A stretch of DNA of 64,000 bases from an uncultured Chloroflexia bacterium (lineage in GTDB: Bacteria; Chloroflexota; Limnocylindria; Limnocylindrales; CSP1-4). Positions within the stretch are counted from its first letter, which is position 1. Each line of letters begins with the position of its first letter. The stretch lies in contig CAVVDB010000001.1 in assembly GCA_963746865.1 (NCBI GenBank), positions 6,432-70,431 on the forward strand, written 5' to 3'. Below the pieces are notes generated by a model. It was not told the origin of the DNA, did no database searches, and saw only the letters and a program-made list of their open reading frames with translations. The translations under genes and the position numbers were made by a program. Positions 40,325-51,082 of this stretch are shown in pieces.

Positions 40325-40872
40325 GCCGGTCGTGCCTCCGTGGATTCGACCTGGCTGTCAGCGACGATCGCCGTGCGCAGGGTGCGAGTGGCGTAGTGCA
40401 GCCGGGATTTCACGGTCCCGACGGGGACGCCGACGATCTCGGCGACCTCCGTCAACGGATGCCCGGCGTAGTGGTGCAACACGAAGACCGCGCGGTGCTG
40501 CGCCGTCAGGCGCTCGAAGGCGCGGTCGAGGGCGTCCCGGTCGTCGACCGAGATCATCGGGTCGGGGCCGCTCGGTCCGTCGACCGGCAGCTCCCGGATC
40601 CGCGTGCTCCAGCGTCGATAACGACGCAGCTCCTCGTAACAGGCATTGACCAGGAGCCGATGGAGCCATGGGCCGAAGCGTTCAGGATCGCGCAGCCGCG
40701 GGAGTTCGCGCCAGGCGAGGAGGAATGCCTGCTGGACGGCGTCCTGCGCCCGCTCGGAATCGCGAAGGATCCGATACGCGATCGCATAACACAGGTCGCC
40801 GTCGAGGTCGACCAGTTCCGTGAAGGCGACATCGTCGCCATCGCGGGCCTGTTCGACCAGCCTCGTCCGCAT
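40321..40872 (-). CDS. ECF RNA polymerase sigma factor 3 (intact)
   Basis: AQDAVQQAFLLAWR, FGPWLHRLLVNAC, EVAEIVGVPVGTVKSRLHYA. Confidence 0.93.
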   Translation of the reverse strand: MRTRLVEQARDGDDVAFTELVDLDGDLCYAIAYRILRDSERAQDAVQQAFLLAWRELPRLRDPERFGPWLHRLLVNACYEELRRYRRWSTRIRELPVDGPSGPDPMISVDDRDALDRAFERLTAQHRAVFVLHHYAGHPLTEVAEIVGVPVGTVKSRLHYATRTLRTAIVADSQVESTEARPA

Positions 40873-40915
40873 GGGCGGTACTCCAGCGGCGCCCGTTCGG
40901 GCGCTTCACCCACAA

Positions 40916-40943
40916 CAGATGGTCGCACCCGTGAAAAGGTTCA
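40916..40943 (-). promoter_or_regulatory. Putative ECF-type promoter of cassette 3
   Basis: TGAACCTTT -35-like box identical to cassette 1; -10 assignment uncertain. Confidence 0.5.
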
Positions 40944-41057
40944 CCAACCTGGACCGGCCCATGTGGCGCGGTGCGTCCCGGAACCGGACCACGGAGTCGG
41001 TCGTGACGGGACGACCGAGGCATTCTCGGGACGCGGCGACGGTCGCACCATGCCCGC

Positions 41058-42491
41058 ATGGATCGACCCGGGCTTCGGCGCGCGTGGCTGGCGGCTCCCG
41101 CCCTGTTGCTGGCCGCCAGCCTGATCGTGCCCGCGGCCGCGACCGCCGCGACCGACACGGACAAGGACAAGCTGCCCGACACGTGGGAGACGTCGACCTC
41201 GAAGACCGATCCGCGCAAGGCCGACACCGACGGCGACGGGCTGCTCGACCGGAGCGAGGACTTCGATCGCGACGGCCTGATCAACCTGCAGGAGTACATC
41301 GTCGGGACCAACCCGTACAAGGCCGACACCGACGGCGACGGCCTCGCCGACGGCCGCGAGGACCCCGACAAGGACGGCCTTCGGAACTACTTCGAGTTCC
41401 TGGCCAGCACGTCTCCCAAGAAGGCCGACACCGACGGCGACGGAACCCGCGACGGCGGCGAGAGCCCCGACAACGACGGCCTCGCCAACACCTACGAGCA
41501 GCAGCTCGGGACGAACCCGAAGGTCGCCGACACCGACGGCGACGGCTGGTCCGACGGCGCCGAATGGAAGGCCGGGACCGACCCGCGCAAGTTCTCGAGC
41601 CATCCCACGGCGCCCCCGCCGCCGCCGCCCCCGCCGCCGCCCGGCAGCGCCCCGACGCTCCCCGGCGCGCCCGGCTGCCCGGTCTTCCCGGCCACCAACG
41701 TCTGGAACGTCCGGATCGACGGACGGGCGAAGGCGTCGAACTCGGCCACGATGATCTCGGCGATCGGTCTCGACCGCGGGCTGCACATGGACTTCGGTTC
41801 GTATGCCGGCTACGGGATCCCGTGGCAGGTCGTGACCGCCTCGACGCCGCGCTCGACGGTCACGTTCGACTATGACGAGGACTCCGACCACGTCGGCTAC
41901 CCGATCCCGGCGAGTCCGTTGATCGAGGGCGGTTCGGACGCGCACATCCTCCTCGTCGACAAGGACGCCTGCCGGCTCTACGAGCTGTTCGCGGCGCGCA
42001 AGGTCGGAAGCTCCTGGGAAGCCGGCAGCGGCGCGACCTGGGACCTGCGCTCGAATGCCCTGCGGCCGGAGACCTGGACCAGCGCCGACGCGGCCGGGCT
42101 GCCGATCCTGCCGGGCCTCGTCCGCTACGACGAGGTCGCCGCGGGGGTCATCGCGCACGCGCTCCGGTTCACCACGAACCACACCCGGACCAGCTACATC
42201 TACCCGGCCCGCCACCAGGCCGGCGAATCGTCGTCGACCACGCTGCCGCCGATGGGCCTGCGCGTTCGCCTGGCGTCCACCTACGACACGAGCCGCTTCT
42301 CCCCGCAGGCGCGCGTCATCGCGGAGGCGCTCAAGCGCTACGGCATGATCCTCGCCGACAACGGGTCGCCCTGGTACATCACCGGCGCCAGCCATCCGTC
42401 GTTCGACGACGACGTCCTCCACGAGCTCGACATCATCACCGGGCGCGACCTCGAGGTCGTCGACACGAGCGGGTTGGTGAACGGCCCCTGA
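41058..42491 (+). CDS. Secreted protein with thrombospondin type-3-like Ca-binding repeats, a polyproline linker and an uncharacterised C-terminal domain
   Basis: Signal peptide; multiple DTDGDG/DxDxDG repeats; PPPPPPPPPP. Confidence 0.85.
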   Translation: MDRPGLRRAWLAAPALLLAASLIVPAAATAATDTDKDKLPDTWETSTSKTDPRKADTDGDGLLDRSEDFDRDGLINLQEYIVGTNPYKADTDGDGLADGREDPDKDGLRNYFEFLASTSPKKADTDGDGTRDGGESPDNDGLANTYEQQLGTNPKVADTDGDGWSDGAEWKAGTDPRKFSSHPTAPPPPPPPPPPGSAPTLPGAPGCPVFPATNVWNVRIDGRAKASNSATMISAIGLDRGLHMDFGSYAGYGIPWQVVTASTPRSTVTFDYDEDSDHVGYPIPASPLIEGGSDAHILLVDKDACRLYELFAARKVGSSWEAGSGATWDLRSNALRPETWTSADAAGLPILPGLVRYDEVAAGVIAHALRFTTNHTRTSYIYPARHQAGESSSTTLPPMGLRVRLASTYDTSRFSPQARVIAEALKRYGMILADNGSPWYITGASHPSFDDDVLHELDIITGRDLEVVDTSGLVNGP

Positions 42492-42533
42492 TCGGGCACC
42501 CGGCGGCGGTCGCGACCGGGCATCATGTGGGCC

Positions 42534-43293
42534 ATGACCGACCTCAAGACCCGGATCCACGCCGGCGAGACCCTCATCGGCACCTTCTCCGATCTGGCCT
42601 CGCCGCTCGCCGCCGAGTTGTGCGGTCAGGCCGGGTTCGACTGGACGGTGCTCGACCTCGAGCATGGCTCGGCGACCGAAGCCGACCTTCTCGCGCTCCT
42701 GTACGCCGTCGGCACGACATCGATGACCCCGATCGTCCGGGTGCCGTCCGCCGAGCGACTCCGCGTCGGACGAGCGCTCGACCTCGGCGCGGCCGGGATC
42801 ATGCTCCCGCAGCTCAAGTCGATCGCCGACGTCCGCGAGGCCGCGACGTACTTGCGCTACCCGCCGGTCGGCCAGCGCGGCGTCGCCCTCAGGACCCGCG
42901 GCGCCTCGCATGGGGGCGATCGGCCACGGCGACCTGGCGCGGGTCGTCAACGACCGGATCATCGGTGTCGTCCAGATCGAGTCGGCCGGAACCGTCAACG
43001 ACGCGGACGAGATCGCGTCCCTCCCCGAGGTCGACGTCCTGTTCGTCGGTCCGGCCGATCTGACGCACAACCTCGGGATTCCCGGGCGGTTCGCCGACCC
43101 GACGTACCAGGAGGCCCTCCGAACGGTGATCGCCGCCTGCCAGCGACACGGCAAGGCCGCCGGCATCCTCATCTACGACGCTGTGGGGCTGCCGCCGCTC
43201 CTCGACCTCGGCTTCCGGTTCGTCGGCCTTGGGTCGGAAGGGTCATACGTCAGCGCCGGTGCACGGGCGATGCTCGCCGCCGCGGGCCGCTGA
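42534..43293 (+). CDS. HpcH/HpaI aldolase family protein (frameshift near 42905)
   Basis: LDLEHG, RALDLGAAGIMLP, QIES, FVGPADL. Confidence 0.88.
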
Positions 43294-43299
43294 CCCGGA

Positions 43300-44269
43300 T
43301 CACTCGTCGGCGACGCGGAGGGTCAGCGCGGGGCTCCGCTCGTCGGCCGGTCCGGTCTGTGCCACGAGCACGCCCACGATGATGAACACGCCGCCCAGGA
43401 GCTGGACCGGCGTGAGGACGATCGAGAACAGGATCGACGCGAGGGCGATCGTCCAGATCGGCTCGGCGGTGCTGATCAAGGCGGCATGCGCGGCGCCCAC
43501 CCGACGCGCCCCCGAGTAGAAGGTCTGGATGGCGATGAAGGTCGCGCCGACGCCGACCCCGATGAGCCCGATCCAGGCCGACGACGGGATCTGCGCCGGG
43601 AGCACCGGACGGCCGGTCCCGAGCGCCATCACCCAGTAGACGACCGCGGTCGCGCTGATGATGAGGGCGACCGAGGCGGTGGCCGACCCGCTGTCGTCGA
43701 CATCGACCGCGACGGCCTCGCGTCGCTCGCCCGACAGCCGCGCGGCCAGGATGACCCACACGGCGTAGATCAACGACGAGGCCACCGCGAGCAGCAGCCC
43801 GGTCACCGGCGGGCTGACCGCGGGATCGATACCGCCGACTGCGAGCACGACCCCGACGAGCGAGATGGCGAGCGCGAGCCACGCCCGTCGACCGCTCAAT
43901 CGCCGCCCGAAGCGGAGCGACAGGACCGCCACGATGGCCGGGTAGCAGTACACGACGAGCGCCGCGAGCGACGGCGAGACGGTCTCGAGCGCCGCGTAGT
44001 AGGTCCCGGAGTTGCCCACGTAGAGCACCCCGAGCCCGATCGCCGCGAGGATCGCCCGTCGATCCATCCCGCGAAACCCACGCCGGCGCTTGCGCGGAGA
44101 TGAGCAGGAAGATCCAGGTCAGGCTTGCCCCGAACAGGAAGCGCCAGGCCGACAACGTCATCCAGTCGACGCCCGCCGCATAGACCGGCTGGGCGAACAG
44201 CGACCCCGATCCGAAGGCGGCCGCGGAAACGAGGACGAGCGCGATCCCGGTGGCGCGACGGCGATCCAT
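43300..44269 (-). CDS. EamA/DMT transporter (frameshift near 44090)
   Basis: VSAAAFG, LSAWRF, AALISTAEP; ~10 TM. Confidence 0.85.
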
Positions 44270-44297
44270 CACCGCTGCCGCGCCATCGGAGCGCGGC

Positions 44298-45479
44298 CTA
44301 CTTGGTGGTGAATTCGAAGGTCGCGACGAACTGGTCGAAGACCGCGACGTCGTCCTGGCCCCCTCTGGTCAGGAGGAACACCTCCCAGCCGATCCCTTCG
44401 CGGCTGATGACGTCATCGGCCAGCGTGACCTCCTGCTTCTTGGCGTTCGTGAATTCGTACAGGAGGCGGATCGCCGGCTGACCGCCGAGGCGGGTCGGCG
44501 TTTCGGAGATCGGATCACCGAAGTCCGCCTTGTAGGTCTTCTTCAGGGCGGTCACGAACGCATCGGTCGGCCGGTTGTAGCGCGTCAGGGTCACGAAGAT
44601 ATACGGCTGGTCCCCGAGCAGGTAGCGATCCTTGTTCTTGGCGCCCTTGACCGTCCAGTCGGCGGGATGCGCCATCGTGTAGCCGTTGTCCTTCGAGGTG
44701 TAGCGGACCCAGACGTCCGTCGGGGGCTGGACGGTGTGGGGCTTGCCGATGGCGGTGAAGGTGTACTCGATCTCGACGGCGTTCTTGACCGCGGTATCGC
44801 CGCTCCCCTGGGTCCAGGTCCCGGCCAGGGCGATGACCGCCGGCGTGCCGTCCTCGGTCACGTAGAAATCCATGCTGAACCGGCCGTCAGTCGCGGTCCC
44901 GGTGTCGAACCCGGCTTGCTCGGACGTCAATGCGTCGCCGCCCTTGGGCTGCAGGTGATGGAGTTGCTTTCCGCCGTGCGACACGACGCCGAGGTCGGAC
45001 ACCGGGCTCAACCCACGCAGCGTATCGGCGAGTGACTTGTTCGCGCCACCCGGCGTGGGCAGGTCCTCCAGCCACGGCCCGGGCGAGACCCGCGTCCAGC
45101 GCGTGCCTCCGGTGCTGATCTTGTCGGTCACCTGCTTGAACGAGCCGGCACTGACGGTCAGCGTCGAGTCCGAGCTGTCGCCGTCGCCCGCATAGGTGCC
45201 CGACACGGTGCCCGGGGTGGTTCCGACCATCAGCGTTCCGGTCACCGTCGCGGCGCCGCTGAAGTCCTTGTCGCCGATGATCTCGAGGAACGCCGCGGAG
45301 GCATCGATCGGCGTCGGGCTGGGCGTCGGCGCGGGTGTCGGCGTCGGCGCCACGGTCGGCTCGACGCTGGGTGCCACCGACGCGGTCGCACCGCTGCACG
45401 CACCGAGCACGAGCGAGATGGCGATTGCCACGATCAGACCCTGCAGGATCCGACCCTGGCGTCGTCGGTCGCTGGTCAC
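44298..45479 (-). CDS. Hypothetical lipoprotein (LolA/LppX-like N-domain plus PsbP-like C-domain)
   Basis: GAGGA RBS, lipobox LGAC, Pro/Thr linker, YTMAHPADW. Confidence 0.7.
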   Translation of the reverse strand: MTSDRRRQGRILQGLIVAIAISLVLGACSGATASVAPSVEPTVAPTPTPAPTPSPTPIDASAAFLEIIGDKDFSGAATVTGTLMVGTTPGTVSGTYAGDGDSSDSTLTVSAGSFKQVTDKISTGGTRWTRVSPGPWLEDLPTPGGANKSLADTLRGLSPVSDLGVVSHGGKQLHHLQPKGGDALTSEQAGFDTGTATDGRFSMDFYVTEDGTPAVIALAGTWTQGSGDTAVKNAVEIEYTFTAIGKPHTVQPPTDVWVRYTSKDNGYTMAHPADWTVKGAKNKDRYLLGDQPYIFVTLTRYNRPTDAFVTALKKTYKADFGDPISETPTRLGGQPAIRLLYEFTNAKKQEVTLADDVISREGIGWEVFLLTRGGQDDVAVFDQFVATFEFTTK

Positions 45480-45581
45480 GTTCGTGTCCTCGATCTGGTG
45501 GTTCGGGCCCCGGACGCGCGCATCATCGCAGGTCCGTCCGGCGCAGGCTCGGGTCGGAGCATGACCCACTACACTTGGGAC

Positions 45582-46082
45582 GTGAGCGACCTCACGGAAA
45601 CCGCCGTCGAACGTCGAGTCCCGTCCCTGGCCGAGGAACGGTTGCGCGTCCTCAGCCGCCGCCAACCCGTCACCGTCGCGCCGGGCACCAGCCTGGCCGA
45701 CTGCCTGCGTGCCATCCAGCGGAGCGGGACCGGCGACTCGGTCTTCGTCTGCGACCCCGCAGGAATGCTCGTCGGCGTGCTGACCGAGCGGGACATCTTC
45801 GGTCGGATCGTCGGTGGCGACATCGACCTGCGCGAGCCGGTGGAGCGCCTGATGACGACGGATCCGCGTACGCTCGACCTCGACGACACGATCCGCGACG
45901 CGATCGTCCTGATGCAGACGGGACGCTACCGGAACGTGCCGATGGTCGATCCCGACGGCCGACTCGCGGGTGTCGTCCGCCAGTCGGACATCATCAAGTA
46001 CCTGGCCGAATCGTTCCCCGAAGAGCTGCTCAATCTCCCGCCACGGCTGCACCAGCGCGCGAAGCAGTCGGAGGGCGCGTGA
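45582..46082 (+). CDS. CBS domain pair protein
   Basis: GVLTERDI, LMTTDP, RNVPMVD..GVVRQSDI. Confidence 0.88.
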   Translation: MSDLTETAVERRVPSLAEERLRVLSRRQPVTVAPGTSLADCLRAIQRSGTGDSVFVCDPAGMLVGVLTERDIFGRIVGGDIDLREPVERLMTTDPRTLDLDDTIRDAIVLMQTGRYRNVPMVDPDGRLAGVVRQSDIIKYLAESFPEELLNLPPRLHQRAKQSEGA

Positions 46083-47939
46083 CCGCCACCCGGGACGTCG
46101 AGCCAGACATCCAGGAGCTCGAACGGGTCACCATCCGGTTCGCGGGCGATTCCGGCGACGGGATGCAACTGACGGGCACCCAGTTCACTCGTACGGCCGC
46201 GGTCTTCGGCAACGACATCAGCACGCTGCCCGATTTCCCGGCCGAGATCCGGGCCCCGGCCGGCTCGCTCCCGGGCGTGTCCGGCTTCCAGATCAGCTTC
46301 TCGTCGTCGGAGATCCACACGCCGGGCGACCAGCCCGACGTGCTGGTGGCGATGAACCCGGCCGCGCTCAAGACGAACATCGGCGACCTGCCGCCCGGTG
46401 GCGCGCTGATCGTCAATCGGGACGCCTTCACCCAGCAGAACCTGAACAAGGCCGCCTATGCCAGCAACCCGTTGACCGACGGCTCGCTCAAGGCATTCAC
46501 CGTCTTCGAGGTCCCGATCTCGACCCTCAACGAGAGCTCGCTCGACGGGCTGGACATGACCAGCAAGCAGAAGGACCTGACCAAGAACTTCTTCGCGCTG
46601 GGGCTCATGTTCTGGCTGTACGAGCGGAGCATGGATCCGACGATCCACTGGATCGACTCGAAGTTCGGCGCACGCCCAGTCGTCGCCGACGCGAACAAGC
46701 GCGCGCTCAAGGCCGGCTACGCGTTCGGCGAGACGACCGAGGCGTTCCACACCCACTACCGGGTCAAGCCCGCCCGACTCGACCCGGGCGTCTACCGGAA
46801 CATCACCGGCAACGAGGCGACCGCGCTCGGGTTCCTGGCCGCCTCGAAGCTCGCCGACCGGCAGCTGTTCTACGGCAGCTACCCGATCACGCCCGCGTCG
46901 GACATCCTCCATCAGCTGTCCGGCTACAAGGCGTTCGGGGTCAAGACCTTCCAGGCGGAGGACGAGATCGCGGCCATCGGGGCGGCCATCGGAGCGTCGT
47001 ACGGCGGGGCACTGGCGCTGACTGCCTCGTCGGGTCCTGGGATCGCGCTGAAGTCGGAGGCGATGGGGCTCGCGGTCATGGTCGAGCTGCCGCTCGTCGT
47101 CATCGACGTCCAGCGCGCCGGCCCGTCGACAGGGATGCCGACCAAGAACGAGCAGGCGGACCTGCTCCAGGTCATGTTCGGGCGCAACTCGGACTCGCCC
47201 TTGCCGATCGTGGCGCCGGCGACGCCGGGCGAGTGTTTCGATCTGGCGATCGAGGCGTGTCGACTCGCGCTCAAGTACATGACCCCGGTGGTCTACCTGT
47301 CGGATGCGTTCCTGGCGACCGGCTCGGAACCGTGGCGGATCCCGTCGATCGCCGACCTGCCCGGGATCGGGGTCGAGCAATGCGACCGATCCCGTGACCT
47401 TCCGCCCGTACCAGCGCGATCCCGACACGCTCGCCCGGCCCTGGGCGGTCCCCGGCACGCCGGGCCTCGAACACCGGATCGGCGGCCTCGAAAAGGCCGA
47501 CATCACCGGCAACGTCAGCTACGACCCCGACAATCATCATCGGATGCAGCTCTTCCGGCAGGCCAAGGTGGCCGGGATCGCCCGCGACATCGGCCCGCTC
47601 GAGGTCTTCGGTCCAGACAGCGGCGAGCTCCTGATCCTGGGCTGGGGCTCCACCTACGGCGCCATCCGCTCGGCCGTCGAACGGCTGACCGCCGAAGGCA
47701 AGTCGGTCGCCCATGCGCATCTCCGCCACCTCAATCCGTTCCCGGCCAACACCGAGACGGTCCTGCGCAGCTACCGACGGGTGCTCATCCCGGAGGTCAA
47801 CCTCGGTCAACTCCTGATGCTGATCCGGGCGCGGTTCCTCATCGACGCGGTCGGCTACGACAAGGTGCGCGGGAAGCCGTTCCGCATCGCCGAGATCGTC
47901 GACGAAGCCGAGCGCCTGCTCGCGGAAGGGACGTCATGA
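46079..47939 (+). CDS. korA: 2-oxoacid:acceptor oxidoreductase alpha subunit (frameshift near 47375)
   Basis: RFAGDSGDGMQLTG, YPITPAS, QAEDEIAA, QRAGPSTGMPT, GWGSTYG. Confidence 0.93.
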
Positions 47940-49016
47940 CCGAGACCAACGGCCGCGACGCGGCGGCCGTCCCCGCGCAACCGGCCCTCAGCGCGGAGCA
48001 ATGCCGCGGTCATCCAACTCACCCGGAAGGATTTCGTCTCGGACCAGGAGGTCCGTTGGTGCCCGGGGTGCGGCGACTACTCGATCCTGGCCCAGACCCA
48101 GAAGGTCATGCCGGACTTCGGCTATGCCCGCGAGAACATCGTGTTCATCTCCGGGATCGGCTGCTCCGGCCGGCTCCCGTACTACATGAACACCTACGGG
48201 TTCCACACCATCCACGGTCGGGCGCCGACCCTGGCCACCGGCCTGAAAGCCGCCCGCCCGGACCTCATGGTCTGGGTCATCACCGGCGACGGCGACGCGC
48301 TGTCGATCGGCGGCAACCATGTCATCCACTCGATGCGCCGCAACGTCGATATCAACATGGTCATGTTCAACAACCGGATCTACGGGCTCACGAAAGGCCA
48401 GGCGTCGCCCACCTCCGAGTTCGGGAAGCGCACGAAGTCGACGCCGGCCGGGACCATCGACACCCCGATCATGCCGCTGACGATCGCCCTCGCCGCCGAG
48501 GCGAGCTTCGTGGCCCGGTCGGTCGATACCCACACCGAGCACCTCCAGGGGACGCTCGAACGGAGCGGCCGGCACAAGGGTTCGTCGTTCGTCGAGGTCC
48601 TCCAGAACTGCAACATCTTCAATGACGGAGCGTGGCGGGACTTCACCGACCGTGAGGTCCGCGAGGACCGGATGCTCGTGCTGGAGCACGGCAAGCCGAT
48701 GATCTTCGGCAAGGACCGCGACAAGGGGATCCGACTCGACGGGCTCCATCCCGAGGTCGTGACCATCGGCCAGGACGGCGTCACCGAAGCGGATCTGCTC
48801 GTCCATGACGAGACCGCCGAGGAGCCGTACCTGGCGCTGATGCTGTCGCGCATGTTCTGGCCCGCCTTCCCGGTCCCGGTCGGGGTCCTGCGCGCGGTCG
48901 CGCGCCCGACCCACGACCGGCTGATCGAGGACCAGCTCGCAGCGGCCGTCGCCAAGAGCGGGGTCGGCGACCTGGAGGCCGTCCTCAACGGCGGCGAGAC
49001 CTGGACGGTCGAGTAG
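47936..49016 (+). CDS. korB: 2-oxoacid:ferredoxin oxidoreductase beta subunit (frameshift near 48000)
   Basis: SGIGCS, HGRAP, GDGD TPP motif, NNRIYGLTKGQ; WCPGCGD in the upstream part. Confidence 0.93.
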
Positions 49017-49025
49017 GGGAGTGAC

Positions 49026-49526
49026 ATGAAGTGTCCCGCCTGCGCCACGGACAACCTGACGGGGATGGAGGTCTGCGACAACTGCGGCGCCGACCTGGCC
49101 GGCCAGGATGTGCCGCAGCCGGCACTCACGTTCCGTGGGCGGCTGCTCGGCGAGCACCTCGACGAGCTCGGGTCGCCACCACCGCTGACCGTCGGCCCGG
49201 AGACACCGGTCGAGACGGTGATCGCCCGGATGCACGACGCCGAGGCGGACTGTGTCCTGGTCGTGGCCGACGATCGCCTGGTCGGCATCTTCACCGACCG
49301 CGACGCTGTCGTGAAGGTCGCCGGCAAGCGGCTCGACGGCCTGCAGGTCCGCGATCTCATGTCGCCCGATCCGGTCGTGCTCCGCCACGACGACCCGATC
49401 GCGCTGGCCATCCACAGGATGGCCGTCGGGGGCTTCCGCCATATCCCCATCGTCGAGCATGGCCGGCCGACCGGAGTCGTCACCGCGCGCGACGTGTTCC
49501 ACCATCTAGCGGAGATGCTCGACTGA
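49026..49526 (+). CDS. Zinc-ribbon plus CBS pair protein
   Basis: MKCPAC...CDNCG; GIFTDRD, FRHIPIV. Confidence 0.88.
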   Translation: MKCPACATDNLTGMEVCDNCGADLAGQDVPQPALTFRGRLLGEHLDELGSPPPLTVGPETPVETVIARMHDAEADCVLVVADDRLVGIFTDRDAVVKVAGKRLDGLQVRDLMSPDPVVLRHDDPIALAIHRMAVGGFRHIPIVEHGRPTGVVTARDVFHHLAEMLD

Positions 49527-49898
49527 CCGCGCGCGTCGCGATCCTGGCCGACGACCTCATCTGGGCCACCCGACTCGCCGATCTCGTCCGCGGCGCGGAC
49601 GCGATCGCGGTCCCGGTCCGATCGATCGCCGGGCTGGAGGCCGCCCTGCCCGAGGTGGACCACGTCATCGTCGACCTGACGGCCCGGGCCTATGACGGCG
49701 TGGCCGCCATCGAGCTGGCACACGCCTCGGGACGGCCCGTCCTCGCGGTCGGTCAGCACGACGACGCTCCGCTGCGACGCCGAGCCCTTGCGGCCGGGGC
49801 GAGTCGGGTGCACCCATATCGGCTCATGTACGAGGACGGCCCTCGCAGGCTCGAGGCATGGTTGACCGACGACGAGGCCGGTGGAGGCGCCGGCATGA
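49523..49898 (+). CDS. Receiver-like hypothetical protein
   Basis: VAILADDLIW, VIVDL, RRALAAGA; probably ends at the ATGA overlap at 49895-49898 after a 1-nt indel. Confidence 0.6.
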
Positions 49899-51070
49899 TC
49901 TCGTCTCGCCCGACCATCCCCGCGACGCGCTATCGCGGTCGGATGGCGGCGGCCCGTTCGCAGGCGGCCGACGCGGGGTACGCGGCGATCCTGGTCGGCG
50001 TCGGCGCCGACATGCGCTACCTCGCCGGCTACCCGGCGATGGCCCTCGAACGCCTGACGATGCTGGTGATCCCGGCCGTCGGCGGCCCATCGCTGGTGGC
50101 GCCCGCGGCTCGAGGCGACCCCTGCGCGGCTGTGCCCGCCGGCGGCGGCCGGCGACCTCCCGGTGGTCACCTGGGAGGAGGCGGACGATCCGCACGCGCT
50201 CGTGGCCGGGATGGTCCGCGACGTCGCGTCGGCCGGGTCCGCCGCCGCCCCGCTTCGGATCGCCGTCTCGGACGACCTCCCGGCGCGCCACCTGCTGCGC
50301 CTCCAGGAGCGCCTGCCCGGCGTCTCTTCGACCTGGGATCGCCGCTTCTCGGCCGGTTGCGGATCGTCAAGGACGCCGATGAGATCGCGCTCCTGACCGA
50401 GGCCGCCCACGCGGCCGATCGCGTCGTCGCCCAGATCGCCGCGGGACGGCTCGTCGGCCGGACCGAGGCCGAGGTCGCGCGCGAGGTCCGCGAGCGGCTG
50501 CTGGCCGAGGGTCATGACGAGGCCCATTTCGCGATCGTCGGCTCCGGGCCGAATTCCGCCTCGCCGCACCACGAAGCGTCGGATCGGGTCATCGCGGCCG
50601 GCGAACCGATCGTGCTCGACATCGGCGGCACCATCGAGGGCTACGGGTCGGACATCACGCGGACCCTGTGGGTGACCGGGGGCGATCCCGCGAACGGCCC
50701 GGACGAGCGGTTCCGGCACCTGTTCGGCGTCCTGCTGGGGGCGCAGGCGGCGGCCACGCGCGCTGCGGGGCCGGGCGTGACCCCCGAGGCGGTCGACGCC
50801 GCGGCCCGCCGGCCGATCGAAGCCGAGGGGTACGGCGACGCCTTCTTCCACCGGACCGGGCACGGGATCGGCCTCCAGGGCCACGAGGACCCGTACATCA
50901 TCGCCGGCAACACGGAGCCCCTCCGCGAGGGGATGGCCTTCTCGGTCGAACCGGGGATCTACCTCGTCGGCGAGTACGGGGCGCGGATCGAGGACATCGT
51001 GGTCTGCGGCCCGGACGGCCCGATCGCGCTCAACGAAGCCCCGCGCGAGCTGTACGTCGTCGACGGCTGA
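49895..51070 (+). CDS. Xaa-Pro aminopeptidase (M24) (compensating frameshifts ~50105-50335)
   Basis: GGAGG RBS; DIGG..GYGSDITRT, HRTGHGIG, SVEPGIY, RIEDIV. Confidence 0.9.
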   Translation: MISSRPTIPATRYRGRMAAARSQAADAGYAAILVGVGADMRYLAGYPAMALERLTMLVIPAVGGPSLVAPAARGDPCAAVPAGGGRRPPGGHLGGGGRSARARGRDGPRRRVGRVRRRPASDRRLGRPPGAPPAAPPGAPARRLFDLGSPLLGRLRIVKDADEIALLTEAAHAADRVVAQIAAGRLVGRTEAEVAREVRERLLAEGHDEAHFAIVGSGPNSASPHHEASDRVIAAGEPIVLDIGGTIEGYGSDITRTLWVTGGDPANGPDERFRHLFGVLLGAQAAATRAAGPGVTPEAVDAAARRPIEAEGYGDAFFHRTGHGIGLQGHEDPYIIAGNTEPLREGMAFSVEPGIYLVGEYGARIEDIVVCGPDGPIALNEAPRELYVVDG

Positions 51071-51082
51071 CGCCGTGTCTGC

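Noticed and set aside
45335-48625. 1096-aa ORF covering korA and beyond
   Set aside because: Artefact of the indel near 47375 plus stop-poor GC-rich frames.
49031-51070. Receiver-like / M24 peptidase fusion
   Set aside because: GGAGG plus ATGA at 49895 indicates two coupled genes joined by a single indel.
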